A stretch of DNA of 64,000 bases from an uncultured Spirochaetota bacterium (lineage in GTDB: Bacteria; Spirochaetota; Spirochaetia; SZUA-6; CAVTHK01). Shown here piece after piece: positions 57,474-64,000 of the stretch. The DNA lies in contig CAVTHK010000003.1 in the NCBI GenBank assembly GCA_963734495.1, forward strand, positions 192,001 through 256,000, given 5' to 3'. The position numbers were made by a program, and so were the translations under genes. Within the stretch, counting starts at the first letter, position 1; every line of letters begins with the position of its first letter. The notes under the pieces were generated by a model. That model was not told where the DNA came from. It worked only from the letters and a program-made list of their open reading frames with translations, and did no database searches.

Positions 57474-59933
57474 ATGGGCATCCTGCTCAAGAAGAACGAG
57501 CTCCCCCTGGTCCCGCTGAGGGACATCGTCGTCTTTCCCCGCATGATCGTTCCCTTCTTCGTGGGCCGCGAGCGCTCCGTCCAGGCGGTGGAGACCGCGA
57601 ACGCCCGCGGCCGCATGGTGTTCCTCGCGACGCAGAAGGACACGCAGGTCGACGACCCGGGAGTCGAGGACCTGCACGCCACCGGCACGGTGGCCCGCAT
57701 CCTGCAGATGCTCAAGCTCCCCGACGGGACGATCCGCGTCCTGGTCGAGGGGATGGAACGGGCGCAGCTCGTGAAGACCACGGACGCCCACGACTACATC
57801 GCGGCGCACGTCAAGCCCATCCGCGAGAGCGCCGAGGTCGGCTCGGAGGTTCAGGCGCTCATCCGCACCGTTCAGGGCGAGTTCAACCGCTACGTGGCCA
57901 TCAACAAGAAGGTTCCCGTCGACATCCGGGCGACGGTCGAGAAGGCCGCGGCGCCCGACGCCCTCGTGGACGTGATCGCCGCCAACATCCCCCTCAAGAT
58001 CGAGAAGAAGGTCGAGCTGCTCGCGCAAGCGGAGCCCGCGGCGCGCCTCGAGAGCCTCGCGGCCACCCTCTCGAGCGAGATCGAAGTGCTCGAGCTGGAG
58101 CGCAAGATCAACACCAAGGTGCGCCGGCGCCTCGAGAAGAGCCAGAGACAGTACTTCCTCAACGAGCAGCTCAAGGAGATCCAGAAGGAGCTCGGCCACG
58201 GCGACGAGGACCCGACGGGCGCAAAGGAGATCGAGGCCCGGCTCAAGGACAAGGGGCTCGCCGACGAGACGCTGCAGAAGTGCCTCAAGGAGGTCACGCG
58301 CCTCGCGCGGCTGCAGCCCATCTCGCCCGAGGCCGCGGTCTCCCGCACCTACCTCGAGTGGATCTGCGACCTGCCGTGGAAAGAGCTCTCGGAAGACAGC
58401 AAGGACATCGACAAAGCGCGCGAGATCCTCGACCAGGACCACTATGGATTGAAGAAGGTCAAGGAGCGGGTGCTGGACTTTGTCGCGGTCCGCCAGCTCA
58501 AGGACGTGGTCAAGGGGCCGATCCTCTGTTTCGTGGGCGCCCCCGGGACCGGCAAGACGTCTCTGGGCCGCTCGGTGGCGCGCTGCCTCAACCGCGAGTT
58601 CGTCCGCATCTCCCTCGGCGGCGTCCGCGACGAGGCCGAGATCCGCGGCCACCGCAAGACCTACATCGGCGCGCTGCCCGGAAAGATCATCCAGTCGATG
58701 CGCAAGGCCAAGACGCGCAACCCCGTGTTCCTGCTCGACGAGGTCGACAAGATGTCCAGCGACTTCAGGGGCGACCCGGCTTCGGCCCTGCTGGAAGTGC
58801 TGGACCCCGAGCAGAACGGAACCTTTGTCGACCATTACCTCGAGGTCCCGTACGACCTGTCGCACGTCATGTTCCTCACGACCGCGAACTCCGTGCACAA
58901 CATCCCCTACGCCCTGCGCGACCGGATGGAGGTCATCGAGATCTCGGGCTACACGGAGTTCGAGAAGGAGCGGATCGCGAGCCAGTTCCTCATCCCCAAG
59001 CAGATCGAGGAAAACGGCCTGGCGTGGGCCAAAGTCTCGTTCCAGAAGCCCGCGATCCACCGCCTGATCCGCGGATACACCATGGAGAGCGGCGTGCGGA
59101 ACCTCGAGCGCGAGGTGGCCAACATCCTCCGCAAGATCGCCCGCGACGCGGTCAAGGAGGGCGTGCAGACCACCGCGGAGAGCCGCGAGGCCTTCAAGGT
59201 CACCATCACGGAAAAGTCAATTGAAGGCTACCTCGGCAAGGAGAAGTTCCAGGAGTCGCAGTACGACCGAGAGCTCAAGCCGGGGCTCGCCTACGGGCTG
59301 GCCTGGACGGAGCTCGGCGGGGTGCTGCTGCCGGTCGAGGTCGCGCTCCTCAAGGGAAAGGGCGAGCTCTTCCTCACGGGGAGCCTCGGCGACGTGATGA
59401 AGGAAAGCGCCCACACGGCGCTCTCGTTCGTGCGCTCGCACGCGGCGGACTACGGGATCGGGGAGACCTTCCACGAGGACAGGGACATCCACATCCACGT
59501 GCCCGAAGGCGCGATCCCGAAGGACGGGCCTTCGGCCGGCATCACGATCACGGCCGCGCTCGTCTCGGCGCTGACCGGACGCATCGCGCGGCCGGGGCAC
59601 ACCATGACGGGGGAAATCACGCTGACCGGCCGCCTGCTCCCCGTCGGCGGCATCAAGGAGAAGGTGCTTGCCGCCCACCGCGCCGGCATGACGCACGTCC
59701 TGCTGCCGGAGCGCAACCGCAAGGACCTCGACGAGATCCCGGAGGAGGTGCTCTCCTCGGTCACGTTCGTGTTCGCCTCGTCCGTGGGCGAGGCGCTCGG
59801 CGCGCTCTTTCCGCCGGCCGAGGGGCCGCGCCCCGAGCCGGAGCCGGAGCACGCCGAGGGCGCGGCGGAGCGAGGCGGCGACCTTCCCCTGGAAGTCCTC
59901 GACGATGCGCCGGCGGCCCCTCCGCCGGTCTGA
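57474..59933 (+). CDS. lon: Lon protease
   Basis: [31 protein letters not shown]. Confidence 0.97.
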   Translation: MGILLKKNELPLVPLRDIVVFPRMIVPFFVGRERSVQAVETANARGRMVFLATQKDTQVDDPGVEDLHATGTVARILQMLKLPDGTIRVLVEGMERAQLVKTTDAHDYIAAHVKPIRESAEVGSEVQALIRTVQGEFNRYVAINKKVPVDIRATVEKAAAPDALVDVIAANIPLKIEKKVELLAQAEPAARLESLAATLSSEIEVLELERKINTKVRRRLEKSQRQYFLNEQLKEIQKELGHGDEDPTGAKEIEARLKDKGLADETLQKCLKEVTRLARLQPISPEAAVSRTYLEWICDLPWKELSEDSKDIDKAREILDQDHYGLKKVKERVLDFVAVRQLKDVVKGPILCFVGAPGTGKTSLGRSVARCLNREFVRISLGGVRDEAEIRGHRKTYIGALPGKIIQSMRKAKTRNPVFLLDEVDKMSSDFRGDPASALLEVLDPEQNGTFVDHYLEVPYDLSHVMFLTTANSVHNIPYALRDRMEVIEISGYTEFEKERIASQFLIPKQIEENGLAWAKVSFQKPAIHRLIRGYTMESGVRNLEREVANILRKIARDAVKEGVQTTAESREAFKVTITEKSIEGYLGKEKFQESQYDRELKPGLAYGLAWTELGGVLLPVEVALLKGKGELFLTGSLGDVMKESAHTALSFVRSHAADYGIGETFHEDRDIHIHVPEGAIPKDGPSAGITITAALVSALTGRIARPGHTMTGEITLTGRLLPVGGIKEKVLAAHRAGMTHVLLPERNRKDLDEIPEEVLSSVTFVFASSVGEALGALFPPAEGPRPEPEPEHAEGAAERGGDLPLEVLDDAPAAPPPV

Positions 59934-59936
59934 AGC

Positions 59937-60881
59937 TCAGGGCCTGTAGGTGAGGGTCCGCTCGAGGACGCGGACGATCTCGGCGCAGTACGCCCGCGCG
60001 ATCGATCGCTCGCCCGAGACCCGCTCGCTTTCGGCCTCGGATTCCAGCTTCGCGTAGATCCGGACCTCGCGCTGGAGCGCCTGCTCCCAGTCCGCCTTGT
60101 CGCCCGCCAAAGCCTCGAAGATCTCCCGGATCCTGTATTTCTCGTCGCTCGCGAAGGCCAGGGTCGATCGCGCGCGGGAGACTTTCTGGCTCTGATCGGT
60201 GAGCGTGGGGACGATCTGCGGGAGCTTGACGGCCGCGAGGATCGGCCTGGCCTCTTCGACCTCGGGCGTCTCCTCTTTGATGAGGGCGCTGTAGCTGCGC
60301 TTGATCTTGTCCACGATGTCCGCGAAGGTCTTGCGGTAGTTCCCCTGGAAGGTCTCGCGCGCTTCCGGCTTGATGGTGGGAAGCAATTTTTGCATGTTTT
60401 CGCGCTCACGACGCAGCTGGCCGGCCTGAAGCTGGATGTTTTTGACATTTGGGTTATTCCCGAGCTCCGGCGTCCGCTGGATCCGTTCGTTGATGTCGCG
60501 CAGGATCGGGGTCAACTCGAACGTTTCGGGGGCGATGCCCTGGTCCGGGGGTTTTTCGCGGGCGACCTTGAGAATCCCTTCGGCTATCTGTCGCTGGATG
60601 AGCATCGCGAAGAGGAGCGCATTCGTGTACGCGAACTGGCGACGGACCTCGTCGAGCGCGGGCGCGCGGAAGCGCGAGCCTTCGAGCAGGCCGAACAGGG
60701 GCGCCAGGGCCGCTCTCTTGTACTCGACGATCCCCTGCTCAACGGCAAACTCTAGCTTTTCGATCTGAATTCTCACCTGCTCGGGCGGGACCTGGAAATA
60801 GCCGTCAAGCGTGTCGTAGGCCTTTGCCGCCTCGCGTATGTCGATCCAGTCCCCCGCGACCCTCTTCTCGAGGCCTTCCAT
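59937..60881 (-). CDS. Hypothetical helical protein (314 aa)
   Basis: Intact protein-like ORF converging on lon. Confidence 0.75.
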   Translation of the reverse strand: MEGLEKRVAGDWIDIREAAKAYDTLDGYFQVPPEQVRIQIEKLEFAVEQGIVEYKRAALAPLFGLLEGSRFRAPALDEVRRQFAYTNALLFAMLIQRQIAEGILKVAREKPPDQGIAPETFELTPILRDINERIQRTPELGNNPNVKNIQLQAGQLRRERENMQKLLPTIKPEARETFQGNYRKTFADIVDKIKRSYSALIKEETPEVEEARPILAAVKLPQIVPTLTDQSQKVSRARSTLAFASDEKYRIREIFEALAGDKADWEQALQREVRIYAKLESEAESERVSGERSIARAYCAEIVRVLERTLTYRP

Positions 60882-60993
60882 GACGGTTGAGAATGTACCA
60901 GCGGGTTTGCGCGTTGTTCAAGCGGGCGCCGGCGGGGCCGCTGTCGCGCAGGGCGTCCTTCGCGCCGCCGGCCCTTTTTTGGCGGGACGCCAC

Positions 60994-61021
60994 TTGCATT
61001 TCCGCCCAGCTATGATAGAAT
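60994..61021 (+). promoter_or_regulatory. sigma70-type promoter upstream of the outer-membrane protein gene
   Basis: TTGCAT-16 bp-TAGAAT with TG extension. Confidence 0.55.
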
Positions 61022-61218
61022 CCCCGTGTTCATGGCAGCGAAACAGAATCTGCAAGCTGTTTCGATCTCGTGCGGCGACTCGGACGTCGCGCGAGCCACC
61101 ACTACCTCAGCGACGAAAGGAGGTGCATCTGGCGCTTGACAACCGTCAAAAGGTACCCGATAGTAAGGGTCGCAAGAGCCGTTGGCTCTCAATAGAACAA
61201 CATAGGAGGAAGGGTAGT

Positions 61219-62441
61219 ATGAGAAGGCTGCTGTTTCTTGCGCTGTTCGCAGCGCTGGTGGCAGGAGTGAGCTTCGGCCAGCCGGCGATCACTGGCATGT
61301 TCCAGTACGGCGTGTACAGTGACTTCCAGAAGACGCCGGAGCAGGCGCTGTACGGCAAACTGATCATCACGGAGCCGCTCGACAAGTTCAGCACCATCGT
61401 CTTCAGGTTCCGGTGGAAGGACCTGAACTTCGTCAACGGCGAGGCCATCGTCACCGCACCGGCCGTGCCGGCGAACCCGACGGTCGTCAGCCCTGACTGG
61501 GACATCGATCGCTTCTACATCTCGACGGACGTGACCGGAGCTCTGGGAGTCACCGGCAACGTGACCATGAAGCTTGGCTTCGGGTTCCAGGATCCGAACG
61601 GCGCCGACCTGACTGGCGGCATCTCGCCCTTCGAGGTTGCTGACCTGTCCGGAAACGATGTCGGCGGCGGCAGCCAGGCGACGATCTTCCCGGTGTTCAC
61701 CTTCAACAAGATGGTCAACATCGGCGCGATCATCGCTCCGGGCCAGTTCAACAAGGACCCGTCGAATCCTCGTTGCCCAGAACAAGCAGGGCTACGAGAT
61801 CTTCGCCAACGGCGGCCAGGGCCCGGTCATGGCCGAAGCCGGCTTCGGCAACCTCTACTCGACGCCGGGCGGCGGCGCTCGCGAACAACGGCGAAGTCCT
61901 CAGGTTCATCTGGGGCGCTGCCAACTACAAGGCGACCCAGGGTGACCTCGCCTACGCGCTGGCGGTCAACGGGCAGTACAACCTGAACAGCGATGGCGCC
62001 GGGTTCATGCTCCGCAACCACTACGCTGCGGCTGCTGATGACGGCTCGGACGTCAACTGGGGCGTCGGTGTCGCGGCCAGCGTCACCTACCAGAAGAACT
62101 ACACTGCCAAGGTCGGCCTTGTGGGAATCGATGGCGCTCCGGTGGACCGTGCGGAAGCCCAGCTCATCGTGGTCGCCGATCCCAAGGTCACCTTTGATGC
62201 GGGTGCGGTCTTCAACCTGAACAGCGACTACACCAACGGCACCGGCGCGGACATGCTCAACGACTTCACCGTTGCTGCGACCATCAACCTCGGGCTCGCG
62301 AACTTCCGCATCGGCTACCTGTACATCGACATGAACGCGCCCTACTCGGTCATGTCGGATGACATCGGCCGCATCGGTGACGTGAACGGCAAGGCCTACC
62401 CCAGCTCGGGTGCCTTCATCGAGACCATCATCAACTTCTAA
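61219..62441 (+). CDS. Probable outer-membrane beta-barrel / sheath protein (indels near 61770 and 61880)
   Basis: SD AGGAGG, signal peptide, amphipathic strands, terminal Phe (FIETIINF*). Confidence 0.7.
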
Positions 62442-62467
62442 CCTGACGTCACGCGAATCGTGATCGT

Positions 62468-62497
62468 GGGCCACCCGAAAGGGTGGCCCTTTTCTTT
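62468..62497 (+). terminator. Intrinsic terminator
   Basis: GGGCCACCC-GAAA-GGGTGGCCC-TTTTCTTT. Confidence 0.9.
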
Positions 62498-62524
62498 GTC
62501 TCGCGCGGTCCGCGTGGGCCGTGC

Positions 62525-62569
62525 GGATCGCTACGGATCGGGGCGGATCTGTGGGGATCGGTAAGGATC
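62525..62569. repeat. Five GGATC motifs with exact 10-bp period
   Basis: GGATC at 62525, 62535, 62545, 62555 and 62565. Confidence 0.9.
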
Positions 62570-62618
62570 GCGGCGCCCTGTTGCTTCTGAGCGCGGCCGG
62601 CTGTTATGATGGGGACCT

Positions 62619-63207
62619 ATGAAACGCTACTGGCTATGGGCCGCGGCGGCTGTCGCCGCGCTGGGCCTGGCGGCCTGCGATTCGGTGCCGCCCCCCGCCG
62701 CGCAGGACTCGCCGCTGAAGACCGTTCGCCGGGACGCTTACTTTGCCGTCGTCCGCTTCATGGATGAAGGCTCGCTCAAGGCCAAGTACCCGCGCGTCAA
62801 CCCGTTCATCTCATTCGAGAGGAAGCTGACGCCGACGCGCTTCATGGTCTTCAAGCTGAACTGGGAGGAAGTCAAGCGGCCGATCGTGCTCCGGATCGAG
62901 GACATGCAGTTCCGTCTGTCCAGCGTCAACGGCGCCCCCGTGGCCATTTTCCAGCTCAAATCGTACTGGGAGGTCGTCGACGACCAGATCGCGGACCGCT
63001 CCTCCGGGGACAAGATCGAGCGCGAGAGGCTCATCGACAGCGAGATGATGCCGAACGAGATCAAGATACCGGCGGGGGGCCGCTACAGCGGGCTCGTTGT
63101 GTTCAGCGCCAACTACCCCGCCATGGGCGACGGCCAGCTGACCATTCAGGTCCTCGACGAGAACAAGCAGCCGCTTCGACCGGATCGAGCTGCCATTCAA
63201 GTTCTGA
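62619..63207 (+). CDS. Hypothetical lipoprotein (probable indel near 63176)
   Basis: Lipobox LGLAAC; shifted frame ends DRIELPFKF*. Confidence 0.75.
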
Positions 63208-63301
63208 TCGGCGACGCCGCAGACCCTTCGCGCGCTGCAAGTCAACGCGATTCGCGTCCCCGTTGAACTGGGGTGAACCCTATCTCAACGGAGGTGCGAG
63301 G

Positions 63302-63718
63302 ATGAACAACCTCAACTCGGTGCTGATCGAAGGCAATCTCACCCGGGATCCCGAGCTCAGCTACACGGGCAAGGGCACGGCGGTGGTCAAGCTGGGCGTG
63401 GCCAACAACCGCTGGTTCAAGCAGGAAGACGAGCTTCAGAAGGAAACGTCGTTCTTCGACGTCACCGTCTGGGGGCGGCAGGCCGAGGTCTGCGAGCAGT
63501 ACCTCAAGAAGGGCCGCGGCGTGCGGGTGGTCGGCAGGCTCAGGCAGGACCGGTGGCAGGATCCGGAAGGGAACCCGCGCTCGAAGGTCGAGATCGTCGC
63601 CGAGCACGTGGAGTTCAGGCCCGAGCGCAAGAACGGCAACGGCGAGGGCCAGGACGAAAGCGAGCCCGCCGCCGCGGAGGCGGAGGCCGCGCCTTCACAG
63701 GCGAGCGTGCCGTTCTAG
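63302..63718 (+). CDS. ssb: Single-stranded DNA-binding protein
   Basis: LNSVLIEGNLTRDPEL, VWGRQAE, LKKGR, GRLRQDRW, terminal PF. Confidence 0.95.
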   Translation: MNNLNSVLIEGNLTRDPELSYTGKGTAVVKLGVANNRWFKQEDELQKETSFFDVTVWGRQAEVCEQYLKKGRGVRVVGRLRQDRWQDPEGNPRSKVEIVAEHVEFRPERKNGNGEGQDESEPAAAEAEAAPSQASVPF

Positions 63719-63913
63719 AAGCGGGTCCGCCGCTGCCCTGACACGGCGCGCCGGCTGCGCGCCCGCCTTGCGACGCCCGAAGGGAGGCCGGCTCGCCGGC
63801 GGCCTCCCGCGGCCCGTTTCCCCGCGTTCGGGCCCGCCACGCGCCGACTCGCGTCGACGCCCGCCGGCGCCTCGCGTTGACACCTGCGGAACGATTGGCT
63901 AACCTTTGCCCCT

Positions 63914-64000
63914 ATGCCGACCAGGGGGAAGCTGAGCAAGGCCGAGGTTCAGCTTGCCGTCGACAAGATCGTCAAGAAGTACGACGAGTACTCGACCCGG
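63914..64000 (+). CDS. Start of a hypothetical protein (runs off the window)
   Basis: TTGACA-17-TAACCT (63877-63905), then open frame MPTRGKLSKAEVQ... Confidence 0.55.
   Translation, partial: MPTRGKLSKAEVQLAVDKIVKKYDEYSTR

Noticed and set aside
56742-59060. Long antisense ORFs (also 41233..44007 and 19948..22623)
   Set aside because: Shadow frames of high-GC genes on the opposite strand

Overview
High-GC bacterial chromosomal segment, most likely a spirochaete (inferred from the protein set, flgM and tRNA-Arg(TCG)). Many genes, including glmS, clpB, clpX and ackA, carry small frameshifting indels that are best explained as long-read assembly errors. The backbone is housekeeping: fba, lspA, flgM, glmS, clpB, ackA, murB, an ECF sigma/anti-sigma locus, tig-clpP-clpX-lon, ssb and 9 tRNA genes. 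Two accessory blocks stand out. (1) 14.5-30.9 kb: a ~11.7-kb repeat-rich giant surface protein with a C-terminal FlgD-Ig-like domain, two lipoproteins sharing a near-identical 1-kb ELWxxDGT block (one fused to a LruC domain), and a third lipoprotein. (2) 46.6-53.1 kb, after tRNA-Arg(TCT): small paralogous barrel-like proteins with a shared upstream element, a PemK-type toxin-antitoxin module, a kdpE remnant, a GT2 and an MFS. The most striking non-coding signals are a cluster of hairpins with CA-NGGA-TG loops matching the CsrA/RsmA target consensus (43697-43842), five GGATC motifs with an exact 10-bp period (62525-62569), and several apparently leaderless promoters. No CRISPR array, integrase, transposase or reverse transcriptase was seen.
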